Below the pieces are notes generated by a model. That model was not told the origin of the DNA and did not search any database. It worked only from the letters and a program-made list of their open reading frames with translations. A program made the translations under genes and the position numbers. DNA of 64,000 nt from the human T2T-CHM13v2.0 reference genome, Homo sapiens: assembly GCF_009914755.1 (NCBI RefSeq), contig NC_060947.1, one strand, 5' to 3'. Shown one piece after another: positions 45,850 through 57,400 of this stretch. The first letter of the stretch is position 1. The number at the start of each line of letters is the position of its first letter.

Positions 45850-48800
45850 CTGCCACAAAAAGAACAAAACACCTTTGTTCCTCATTCAATTACATGAATA
45901 AACCCTGGAGAAATAACTACATATACTTTTCCTTACTTTGGCCCATCTACATAAATCACCATAGCGTCATATTTCCAGTTTTCAGGGATTGCATGACAGG
46001 CTTTGATACAGTAAAATGCAGTTCTGAATGATATTTGGGTACTCATATGCAGAGCCTATTCATAAACTTTTGAGGGGAAGGGGAGGGAAGGAAAAAAGAG
46101 AAATCGCTTAAACTGGGGCATTTGCAGAGGACCAGAAAGTACAGGGGCCTCACACAGAAAGAGGAGTCTGGAGAGGCAACAATGTCGAATGGCCTTAGCG
46201 TATGTTTTGAATTTTAGGGCTCTGCGCCCTACTGGCGGTGAAATTTAAAGCAAGCCTGCCTACCTTGGAGGGTTAAAGGATTAGTTGAAATAGGTAAGTG
46301 ACCGGCACCATTTGGTGCTCAATATGTGGTCGCTTTTGGTATCATGTGCCCCTCAAATTGTCATCTATTAAAAGCAAATCTGTTATTAGTTGATTACAAT
46401 ATAGATGTGGATCCAACTGTAATTAAGTCAATCAAGGCGAAGAAAGACCCTTCCTAGAGAGCAAAACCAACACACTACATGTTATCACCTATGTTTAAAA
46501 AAAATAAGTTAAAACAACCGTTTAAGTTGGTTTAAGAAATGGAACACAATCATAAACCTCATAAAGACATATGGAAATCATCCAAACTGTACAACTTCAA
46601 AGACCATCCCTGTAATATTTACTAGTCAGTGATTGAACAGTGAGGGCTACTGAAATCAATTTGCAAGAAAATGTTCACTTGTGAAGTGCTGTTTCACTGT
46701 CTTCCAAATACGTTTATTTCAGTTTTACTTTTCCATAGAGACAACTCACATTTGAGGACTATAACAAGGGCTTATCAGTTGAGGGAATATAACAGAGTGA
46801 CATTCAAGTCTTAAAGAGCAAGAAGAGCAGGAGATATGGTCTCTATGCTTTAAGGGGTTTTAGGACACCCCATGACCAAGCCGGTTTATGATCTGGAGAA
46901 GGGGTAGGCAGGACTGGTACTTTACATGCACAGCACAAGGAGGCTGCAGCTTGCAGCTTCGTGGAAAAAGTGTTGCTTGTTCTCAGGCATTTCTCAGCTC
47001 GGAAAGTGAGTGTATACCAATTCCATATATAAGTGCAGAGCAAGGAAAGGTTACCTTCTATTGAGACCACCCTGCATTCAGGCCTCCTCTATTTCCAAAG
47101 GTCATCCAGATGTGATATAAGCACCAGGGAGAAAGGAAGAGCGAAGAGAGGAAGCACACACATGTGTGCCCACATGTACAAGGGCTCACACAGGCCCTTA
47201 CTAGTCACACTGTGTAACAACAATGTCCCATCTCCAGGATATTTGTAAGGACCGTAGCATCTTCTATAGGTCTGCAGAAAAACATTTAGCTGAGCTGATA
47301 AGCCTGATCAGACAGAGACAGGGAACCACGGTGAAAAGCCACCATCTGGAATGGACTTCAAATTAGAGGAACATAGGCAAGAAATAAACCTGTACCAAAC
47401 ACAGTTCTAAAAGGAAAGGGAAACAGTGTGTACAATTTACAGGAGAATCCCACATAGAATGAATGAGGGCTTCATGGAGCTCCCCATCTTCTAAAGAAAT
47501 TTCATGACTGTTGGCATACATACATTCCTGCCTTTTTAAAGAATTTATTTTGAAGGTTAAAATTATGAAAAGGGTTTTAGAAATTATTTTTTTTTAATCC
47601 ATCAGTCCTCGGCAAAACTGAAAATCTCCTTTACTGGAAGAAGGAGGAAATTCTAAGCCCCCAATTCCATTGCCCATTTGTGAGTTAAGATACTAGTCCT
47701 TGATAGGTACTATTCTCCCAGTTATCTGTGATTCTGGGGGACTTGAATAACATAGATAAATGAACTCCTCAAACAATTCCAGAAGCTAACCTTTCTCACC
47801 TTCAACACACAAACCTTTTATTTCTAAGCAATGCAAAAGAACTAGAAAAACAGATTTAGATTTCACCTTTGCAGTCTTAGTTTCACTTCAATTGCAAATC
47901 AGTTCTAAGCAAAAGAAGTGAGCACAAGTGGAAAGAAGAAAAGAATAAAGGGTGTGACTAATTCTTAAAACGAGAAAAATAGTCTTTTAATCATTTAATG
48001 CTAAAAATGCTTGGCAACGTAGCCAAAAAACCTTCAGATTCTTTGGTAACTATATGACGAACCAAATATTCACTTCACGGCTTGTTATTTTCTACCTGTG
48101 ATGAATCCAGAGCCCCACTGGGACACATTTAACCCTCCAAAATAGATAGGAACTATGAATATGGACTGGATGAAACTGTAAGCACAAATCTGCATAACTC
48201 ATATCTATCTTGTACCTTGAAGGACAAACCACATTTTTGTCTGTGATCAATACCGATTTTACAGCTTCGTTTCTTACTCTGTGCCTGCCTTCTAAAACAG
48301 TAGAGAATTCTCAGTAACTCCATGAGAAGAGCCCACATTTACCTGGAATATGCAGACGATATAGAAAAACACGGTGTGCTAGGGAGGAGGGAGTGGAAGG
48401 GTGGGTGGCACTGTTTTGGTAATTGTCTCTTTTCTGCATTTCACTCTCCACATCGGAAATACACTCCCCATATACCATGAACAACCAAAAGGGAAATTCT
48501 GAAACCTGTTCACATGTTAATGGGTACATCTTTGTTTGGCCTTTCTGAGAACAACAATGTTCAACATAGATCACAAGTCTGTACGTACATTAACACAGAG
48601 ATCAGCTTCATAAATAATCCTTAAAACGCTCTTTACATCTTTAAAAAATGTTATTGATTTTGGCCCTGCTGGTTCCAAAGCCTGGCATCAGATATGCCTC
48701 TCTGAGCAGTATTTATACGAAGATTTCCCCTCTCCTTCTTCTTTCTACAAACCATGATAATCTTTTTCCCTTTTATTTGAGGCGGTGATAGGACCCTGAT

Positions 48801-50928
48801 GCAAATTAAAATATAAAGTCATCGACTATGACAAAAGACCCCAGCAACACCTACTTGTCAATAATAAGAAATTAAAGCATTACTCTACTGAGCACAAGGC
48901 TGACCTAATTTCCTACCATACAATTTAAATTTTCTCTCACCTGCTTTAGTTTCAAGTAGTGTGCAAGGTTATTATAACTGCCTCAGAGCTGTTCCTGCTG
49001 TCAGTGCTGGAATAATCAGACTTATTGGAATTGCTTTTTTAGTTTCTTAAAAACAAACATTAAACACTTATAAAAAGTAACAAATATCTACTGCTGTGGC
49101 TGGGAAAATGGCAGTTGCCTAATTAAAATAAGATTTCTTCTGCCACCATTGTTATTTGGTACTGAAAATATTCCAAACAGTTGCCTTTTTAAAAAACTAT
49201 CTGTCCACTACTTCCCAGGGAGAAAACTAATCGCTATGCAGCAATATAAAAAGGGAGCGTTCTCTTGCGATTTGCAGAGGATTAGAGTTTGGTTTCATAT
49301 ATAATCTGGAGCCCATTGATCCACACACACAAATGATTTCCCTTTAATCTGAGGATCAGACTCTTTTTCTAGAGGAACCTTGGCATTTGCGTGCTGAATT
49401 GTTGAACTTGGCTTGCATTGCTGGAATACTGGCAGGGTGTGGATGGTAAAATATATTTTAAAGTTTCTGCTACCGTGGGGCAGGGGTTTGGAGGGGTGGG
49501 CATCAATATAAGCATCAGAAATCCATTCTAGTTCCCCATTTCTTGTTCCCTGGGATATTTACCATTTTATTCTGTCTGGCTAAAGCCAGGGCAAAGATGA
49601 TTGCCTCGGTGGCTGTTCCAGCTGTTAGTTGTCCTCCGTTTTATTTGCTTTTCAAGGTTTAACTCCTACCCACCCTCAACTTTGGTCAAAGCAATTTCTT
49701 TTCAGGGTCGTGTCCAATCGGAGATCAAACAATGATGACTGAAACCAATTCCACGGTGTTCAAGGGTCAGAGACCTTTCATATAACCGTGTTGCTTCATT
49801 TGCTCCACTCGCTTCTCCAACAGCAAATGTATCCTCCAAAGAGGGGCTTGAGTAAAAGGCAATAAAAAAGCTAGGCAAAAAAAGAAAGGTTGATTGGGGG
49901 TGTGGGGGGGGGGGGGTGGGTGACAAGGAGAGATGACAGGGATAAAGCAGAAGACCAAGAAGAGTTTATTGCCCAAGGAAAAATGTAGATTTCACTTAAA
50001 GACGCCACTTAAAAGTTCACCACTTAAATCGGATGGATTTTTTTCATGATGTAAAAACAGTTTATAATTAATATTATGCCTCCCTCGAGCAACTAAACCC
50101 CTTCAATTTAAAGCTTCAAACTTAACTTCAAATTTGACTAATATAAGCAAAGTGTTCTGCCCTTTTTATTGCCGTGCTGGGATTGGGAGTGACAAACTTT
50201 GCTTGAAGATGAGCACAGACACCTGGAGAAATGCGAGAGAACACCCTAGAAATGACTCCACACCCAATCCCGAAGGGCAAAAAAAAAAAAAAAAAAAAAA
50301 AAGCCCAAACAAACAAAAATCCCCCCCCCCCGAAATCTTTGACTTCTGGGCTTTAGTTGTTTGTTCTTTCTTTCCTGATTTCTGCAGGTCTTGGGGCATG
50401 GAATGAGCACGGTAGAAAATGCAGCGAGGGAAATGTCAGTTGGAATCCTCGGAAGAAATCAGGCAGAAAGTTGACCTTTTGGCACTTGCAGTGCAATGGA
50501 AGGTAGCGCCGCGTGCGCCCCTTCCTTCTACGAGTAAGAGCGACGATTTAGGAACAGCCAGCCTTGCTCACGTCCACACTGGCAGCCTGGAAAGGAGTGA
50601 AAAGCTCCCCCGGCCCCAATCCCCGCGTGAGGAACGCGTTATCCCCTCTGGGGACGGGGAGAAATCAGCTTTTTCTCTCCGAGCCCGTCCCAAAGCCGAG
50701 GGAAGAGGTTCCCCCACTAGCCCGGCGCCTGGGGAGAAACCCCGGGGGCGCACCTGCAGCCGCGCCGCGGGAACCCGCGGGAGAGGTTCCTAGACGCCCA
50801 GCCGCCCGGCGCCCCGGGTCCAGCCGCCGCGCCTGTCCAAGTTTTGACCGCCTCAGCTTGCCCCCTGCTCGCGCCACAAGTGCACGGATTGCGGCCATCA
50901 GACGGGGCCGGGGCCGCGATCCACTTAC

Positions 50929-50948
50929 CCTTTGAGCTGTTCCCTCAT
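50929..50948 (-). CDS. DMD: Coding part of the unique first exon of dystrophin Dp71/Dp40 (MREQLK + GG)
   Basis: Minus strand reads GCAGCC ATG AGG GAA CAG CTC AAA GG|GTAAGT: good Kozak context, the known Dp71 N-terminus MREQLKG and a consensus donor. It lies in a CpG island and joins exon 63 in frame (GG+C = Gly). Confidence 0.97.
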
Positions 50949-51031
50949 GGCTGCAAGGGCTCCGCGGTCGAGTGTGGGTACGAGTGGAGGAGTGAGCTTC
51001 CCAGAGCCGCCGGGCTCCCCGAAAGTGGAGC

Positions 51032-51049
51032 GCCGCCGCCGCCGCCGCC
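51032..51049 (-). repeat. (GGC)6 trinucleotide repeat in the Dp71 promoter/5' UTR region
   Basis: Plus strand gccgccgccgccgccgcc. Confidence 0.95.
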
Positions 51050-51206
51050 CAAGCTCACAGCTGAAAGCACTGCGGAGGAGCCGGCGCGGGCGGGCCGGGG
51101 AGGGGGCGCTGCGGGCAGACGGGGCGGGGCCGTGTCGGGCTCCGCCCCCACCTAGGGACCTGGGAACCCGGACACCCAGAGACTGGGCAGTTGGGGCTTT
51201 CAAAAC

Positions 51207-51224
51207 GGAAAGGAAAAAGAAAAG

Positions 51225-51259
<35 letters not shown>

Positions 51260-51260
51260 G
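51207..51260 (+). repeat. Polypurine tract with (GAAA)n tetranucleotide repeat upstream of the Dp71 promoter
   Basis: ggaaaggaaaaagaaaagagaaagaaagaaag...; purines only for about 54 nt. Confidence 0.9.
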
Positions 51261-51579
51261 GATGGGGATTTAAGGTAGACCCAGGAACCTGGAAGCCACA
51301 CACCGCTCTGCTAACACCTCCTTAAAGCCTCTAGCAAGACTACTTGTTGTCTAAATAAATGACCCAGGTGCAAATGACCTCATCCCAGATAATTAAGAGT
51401 GTGGGCTTGGAGTTTTCTTTTTAAAAAATAAAAGAAAAAAATTATATACATAATTCTCACTCTCCCTTCCTCCTCAGTTGAAGATTAAAGTGGCCGGCGA
51501 TAAGGACGTGAAATTGCCGTTAGGCTCATCCTGGGCTAAAAGGGATTGTTAAAAAGACTTTGGATTTGGATTTGTGACA

Positions 51580-51725
51580 TAGCAGCGGATCTCAAAATGT
51601 AGACCCTGGGAACAGCAGTTATCAGTATCACCTGCGAACTTCTTAGAAATGAAAATTCCCTGGGCCCGGCCCAGACCTATTGAACCAGAAACTCTGAGCA
51701 TACTAATGTTTGAGAATCACTGGTA
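51580..51725. mobile_element. MER5A-type fragment ~0.5 kb upstream of the Dp71 promoter
   Basis: 'cagcggatctcaaaatgt...tcagtatcacctg...cccagacctattgaaccagaaactctg...tttgagaatcactg'. Confidence 0.7.
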
Positions 51726-52189
51726 TGGACTCTCTAAATTAAGACAATACCACCAGTGCTGTTGCACGGTTTGGTCCTTTAGTATTCTTTTAGGAAGATC
51801 TAGAAGGAACTTGTTTCTAATAGAATATTTTATTGGAAAAGTTACAGGGCCTGAACAGTTCAAATAATTCTAATTTTAGAGTTTGCAGTATGATGATAGA
51901 AGTTAACTACACACAATTATTTCAAGCTTGGAAATACTCAAAAGAAGAAGAAAGCCTTCATTAGCACAAGAATTTTCTGCAAACTTCACATAACACCTTA
52001 GATTAGCATCCAAAGAGCATCTTACGATAAACTGTTAGTGATATTTTCACTGCCCTTCTTTGTCCATTTATTTTGTTGGCTTGCTTTTCTTTTTATTTTC
52101 TTTCAAACATTTGCTTTCCACTCTCCTTTCCGATTGATTCATTCCACTTCGGTCTACAGTTTAAATGTGGTCCCCTTTTTAAAATTTAT

Positions 52190-52313
52190 TTCTTAAGGGA
52201 TGGGGGTCTCACTGTGTTGCCCAGGCTGGTCTCCCAACTCCTGGGCTCAAGCAATCCTCCCACTTCAGCCTCCAAGTGCCTGCGATGACAGGTGCATGCC
52301 ACCATATCCGGCT
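52190..52313 (-). mobile_element. Alu monomer (FLAM-like)
   Basis: 'gggtctcactgtgttgcccaggctggtctc...ctcctgggctcaagcaatcctcccac'. Confidence 0.78.
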
Positions 52314-53929
52314 TCTTTTGAAATAATCCTTTTCTGCTCAACATTTTTCCCCCTAGAATGTTTTAGGTGGAAGCACACCCGTTTTGCTTTATCTAATGCT
52401 ATAGCATGGCAAAAGAGGCAAAAATAAAGTATCTGGACAAAAGCAAAAGGGAATGCCAGGATTCTTTATTACCTTTAACAAACCAAATATAAAGGTAAAT
52501 GTTATCACTAAAGATATGTGCATGTAAGTATGATCGGTATTGCTATTTTTAAGCAAATATGGCACTTCTTCTGGCATTCTGGCTCATACACTGAGATTAC
52601 TTAGTGTTGCCCTTTAGCAATTTTAAGCTAGTGAGTTGTGGAGGCAGCTGCTATTACGGTCTGAGGGGGGCACACTAAGATTTGCTTTGGCTGAAGTTGT
52701 CCCTTGGTCTAATAGTATATTCTAGGTCTGCTCCGATCCTTGGGGAAGAGGGATTAGTGTCCTGTAATGAGGAAGTAGTGCCCTTTGCAGTAAATCAGAG
52801 ACACCAATCTCTGTGTCAGTGTGGCAAATCACTTAACTACTGTTTATGTTTATTTCAACGAAAAGACAGAAGCCTCAGAGCATGGACATTTGTAAATATT
52901 ACAAATCGATAAACTAAGGATTTGTAACACCTGGATAGTAAGACATTTGTCACTCTCTTCCTTTCCTGTTTTTTGTTTGTTTGTTTTACACTTTTAAATT
53001 ACCTGCTCAAAATTCAGGAGTTCTGACACGCTTCTCTATAAATGCTTAAGTCTCTTTTCTCAGTGTCCAATTAGAAAACTACTAAGAATAATCTGTTGAC
53101 AAGAAAAAAGAATGGAATAAGAAATCACTATTCAGACTTTTTAAAAAAATTGACAGATGGCAATCCTCAAAAATACATCTTTAAGTTCTTTTTTAGACTG
53201 GAGTTATAGGCACTTGAAGACTTGTTCCCAAATCTTGACGTCATATTATAATTAAATACTGAAAGTATTAAGAAATGACGCGGGCATCACAGAGACTGTT
53301 TTGTTGTTCAATTGCAGTCAGATTATGAATTTTGCTTATTAGAGGAAAGCATTTGGAAAAGAACATAATTGATATACCTTCGTGTCATATGTAAATTATG
53401 TAGTGATGCCATGTATGATAATATATTGTTTGTTTATAGTAGATGTTTCTTCTTCTCCTCCTTCTGATTATATTATTATTATTATTATTACTGTTTTGAT
53501 ATGAACCACGGACATGAAAAGAGCCTGAAGCTCTGCTACCAGAACAAACTTCAGCTAAAATTTTGACTTCAGAATCAGCCATGACCTACTTGTTCCCAGT
53601 ACCACTGTCTAGAATGGTGCAAGGATTGGAATTGGGGAATCCAGCTCGAAGACTCATGCGCTTAGCTATTCTGCTATGCTGCCATGAAGAGACATGGCTT
53701 CTTTTCCTGTGAGAAAGGTCTGTGTTTTTTCTAGTATACTCATAGACAATCTCACTGATGGCTCAGAGCAGAGAAGAGTAAATTTGCTAGAAATAGAGAT
53801 AAAGAAGAAATGAAATGGGATGAGGTCAAAGAAGGCGACCCAGTACATTTTCCCGTAGCCAAAACTCTGGTCTTTGAACCACTTAAACTTTGAGGGTATC
53901 TTTAGAGAATAAGGGCATCTCTGACCTAA

Positions 53930-54430
53930 GGGACTGTGCAGGATGCTTCCCCATTCTCCCATCCATCTCTATTCTTTGTCCTTCTCCATTCTGCTCTGTG
54001 GCCCAGGAGGTTGGACCTCTGTGGGGACATCAATCAGGCTTTCCTGCCGTTTGGCTTCCTTTTGCTTTCAGCCAATTGGGAGGCAGTGATGAAAGGCCTA
54101 CAGAAGGAGAGGAAAGGACAGGAGGAAGGTGATGTTTGGGTATTTATTCTTCAGGTTCCCTCCTACTGATCTCTGGCCTGGCAGCTGCTGAGTTCCTTGA
54201 CCTGCAGCCACAAGTCTTGTTGGCCAGTCCTTTCCTACAGCAATAGCATTCCACCAGTTACGCAAACCATTCCTCCCTTTATCCCTTTGGGCAAAAGTTT
54301 ACCATTCCTTGTTTTTTTTTTTTTCTCCTAGCCTGCCTAGAGCCTCGTAAATAGCCTTTTCATTATACTCTCTTCAAGTGTTCCGTTTGAATGTACCATC
54401 TGTTTCTCCCAGGACCCTGACCAAACTGAG
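53930..54430 (+). mobile_element. ERVL LTR33/LTR16-like remnant
   Basis: 'ctgctctgtggcccaggaggttggacctct...cagccaattgggaggca...ccatctgtttctcccaggaccctgaccaaa'. Confidence 0.6.
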
Positions 54431-57400
54431 ACCCATCCAGCCAAAGCCACCCTCTGGGGCAATAGACTTGATGCTGAGTGGGGACTACTGATAGAGGAGA
54501 AAGTCAGATCCCCCCACTCTGGGGCTAAAAAGCAGATGAGACTCAGTCATTGGATAAATATTCAGAGAAGCCTCCTCTGTAGGCCCACAAAGAGCTTCTG
54601 GCCTTTTGAGGGTAAAGGCATATCAACAATTATGATGGTGACAACAGCAGATGTGAGGGTAAAAAGGATGCAACCAGCTTGTTCTTTACAAGAGCTTCAA
54701 CGGTCTGCTTGATCTTTTGGAGAGAATGTCAAGATAAGGGTTAGAGAAATGGGCAAACTGGAAAGGGCTTAGTGTGACAATCTGGAGTTTGACTTGTATC
54801 CTGAAAGGTATGAGGGAGCTTTTTAAGGAAGAAAGAATTAAAGCATGAGTGTGGCTCTGTCCGGTTTGTCTTTTAGAAAAATCACTCAGGCAATGGTATG
54901 GGGGCTTGATCAGAAGACAAGAGTCTGAAATTCAGACATCAGGTACAAGGAGATTGCAGTATGAGGAGGATCTGAATTACAGCAGTGGCAGAGGAGGTGG
55001 AGAAATGATACAATAAGGTTCCAACTACAGGAGTCTTGACTGACTGGATGTATGAATGGAAGAGAGGGAAGAAGTAAAGCAATAGTCCTCAAGCTTGGCC
55101 GCCCTTTGGAATCACTCAGGGATTGTTAATAAATTTAGATGTTTGGGTCTCACCACCCTGAGATTCTAATTTAATTGGTCTTGGACATTAGGATTTCTAA
55201 GACTCTCCAAGTGATTCTAATACGCAGTGAAGGTTAAGGACCATTGTCCTTGAGTGACAACAAAGATTGGATGAGTAGCATTCTCCGAGCTAGGAATTTC
55301 AGGAGGAGGGGGCAGAAGAGGGTTAGGAAAGAGATGATGAATCCAGTCTTGAACATAATGAATTGGAGGTGGTGATGTAAAAGTGCAGGTATCCAAGAGA
55401 CAGTTGGACATCTGAGTCTTGAGCTCAGAGGGAAGATGTCTGAATTGGAGCTATGGATTTGCAGTGTACTGTTGGAAGGGTCTTGGGTTCGAATGAGCCC
55501 ATCTAGTGGAGGCTGTGAAGGGCCAACAGCTGAAACTAGGCTGTTCCTACCTTCCACAAACACATCTTTTTCCTTTCTGGGTTGCATGTGGTTTCAATGT
55601 TGGCCTGATGCTAGCTGTGTAAAAATGCAGAGTGGCATAGGAAAGGACAAAGACAAGGAATGGTTTGAACTGGGTACTTGCCTGGAGGGATGGTCCCGAG
55701 AGACTTCACCAACTCCTAGGGTTCAGCTTCTCTCTATCTATAGTGCGCCCTAAGTTTTAGTATAACCTGCATCACTTTATAAAAATTCATTTAGAGTATA
55801 GGTATCACTTCAATTAACTCGAATACATATTCTATAGTAAAATGTCAGCATTTGGGTATACAATAAAGACATAAGAATTCCATATTCCTCTTTGCATAGT
55901 ACAAGTACTAACCATGAACAGTGACTCAGACATCTAACAAATGGGTTGGCGTATGGTGAATCATTGCTGGTTAGGGCAAATATTATAGCATACTAATTGA
56001 AATATATATAACAATCCCCCTAGATCAATCTGAAACCAACATCTTCTGGATGTAAGAATATCCAGCCAGGTCACATTAACCAGCAAATGAAGAGGCCTCT
56101 AAGTTCAGACACAGAGCACTTCACACCCACACAAAAGCCTATTTTTCCAGGCCCTGTCTCTTTAGGGAGGCAGAGTAAGCCAGACTCAGGAAAGTTCTCT
56201 GTGAGCCAGCTGCCATCTAAACCAGAGATTTCACCAGACAGGTTCCAGATAAAGTCGAGCTCTGCTTCACTCTCACGCAGTTTTCTTTTAATAAGATTTC
56301 TCAAAGCTTCACAGAGCCACCTATATCAAGCCGAACATCTAAAAAGATGTGAATTTTAGCATCTTCACTAAAATAAAGCCATACTTCATTAACCTCACAG
56401 GCCGACGGTTGCTTCATGGGAAAGAATTTGGAGTACCTATTAGCCTGCCAGCTATAGCGATAACCCATGTATATGACCCACACCACCTCCTGCTAAAAAT
56501 GGATCACTGGTTAATGTGGTTCAAGTATATCTGACTACAGCATTCCTGGTCTACCTTAACAGCTCAAACCTGTAACTATTTGTCTGCCTTTCCCCACCGA
56601 TTGTGCCAAATAAGCGGAATTTCAAAACTGGGCAGAAATTCTTACACTCTGCATAATCTCTCTTCCTCTTCAGCTACAAATAAGGCTTTGTATTCGATTA
56701 GACTCACAGCAGGTGAAAACCCCAATTAGTGAATTCATTCTGAGGCCTCTACCTTCCTCCCACACAACACATTTTTGTAAAAAAATCAGGGAAGTCTGCG
56801 TCTCTTCTCAAATCAGAAGTAAATTAACCCTTTGATCTACCCAAGCAAACTATTTACTGCATGAAGACTTTTCACTGCAAAATGGGAGGATGTTGAAAGA
56901 TTCCTCCTTCTTGACTCCATAAGGGAGGTTACAGAAAATTCTATTTTATCAGACTTTATTGTTTTCTTCAAATCCATAAATACTCACATTTTCTGATCAA
57001 TCTAGAAATTACAGTTTTTCTTTCTACCTGACACTCACAATGCTAATATTATCTAACAAAAGATTAATGGACAGTCTACTACAAGAGAGAATTAATTTTT
57101 AGTTATGTTCTTATTTTGGTGTATTTGAGGTGAGAAAAAAAATTAAATTTTAGTTTAAACAGTATGCTTTGGCCTTAGGAAAGGCACAGAGTCTATATTT
57201 CATACTTTGTAAATATTTATTTGTCAAAGAAAATTCATCATTGGACAAGGATAGATGTTTGGTTGAACATTAAAAAAAATCAACGCAGCTTTAGTTCTTA
57301 GAGTGATTTACTCATACTTTGTCAATTGCTTCTCTGGAAACAATTCACAACCTAGTTTTATTTATGAACATATGATTAAAAAACAGCAGCTTTGTCTTTT

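Larger units (their letters stand above)
50500..51175 (-). promoter_or_regulatory. CpG island / TATA-less housekeeping-type internal promoter of Dp71
   Basis: The only CpG-dense stretch in the window. It has GC boxes (GGGGCGGGGC 51121-51130, CTCCGCCCC ~51140-51148, GGGCGGG ~51088-51094) and an E-box CAGCTG at 51058-51063, and it surrounds the Dp71 first exon. The exact TSS is not determinable from sequence. Confidence 0.92.

Noticed and set aside
49700-49800. Possible tRNA or other ncRNA-like segment
   Set aside because: I could not build a cloverleaf or find A/B boxes or a known ncRNA signature.
50419-51303. Multiple overlapping Pro/Arg/Gly-rich ORFs
   Set aside because: Expected stop-codon scarcity in a CpG island; only MREQLKG is supported as coding.
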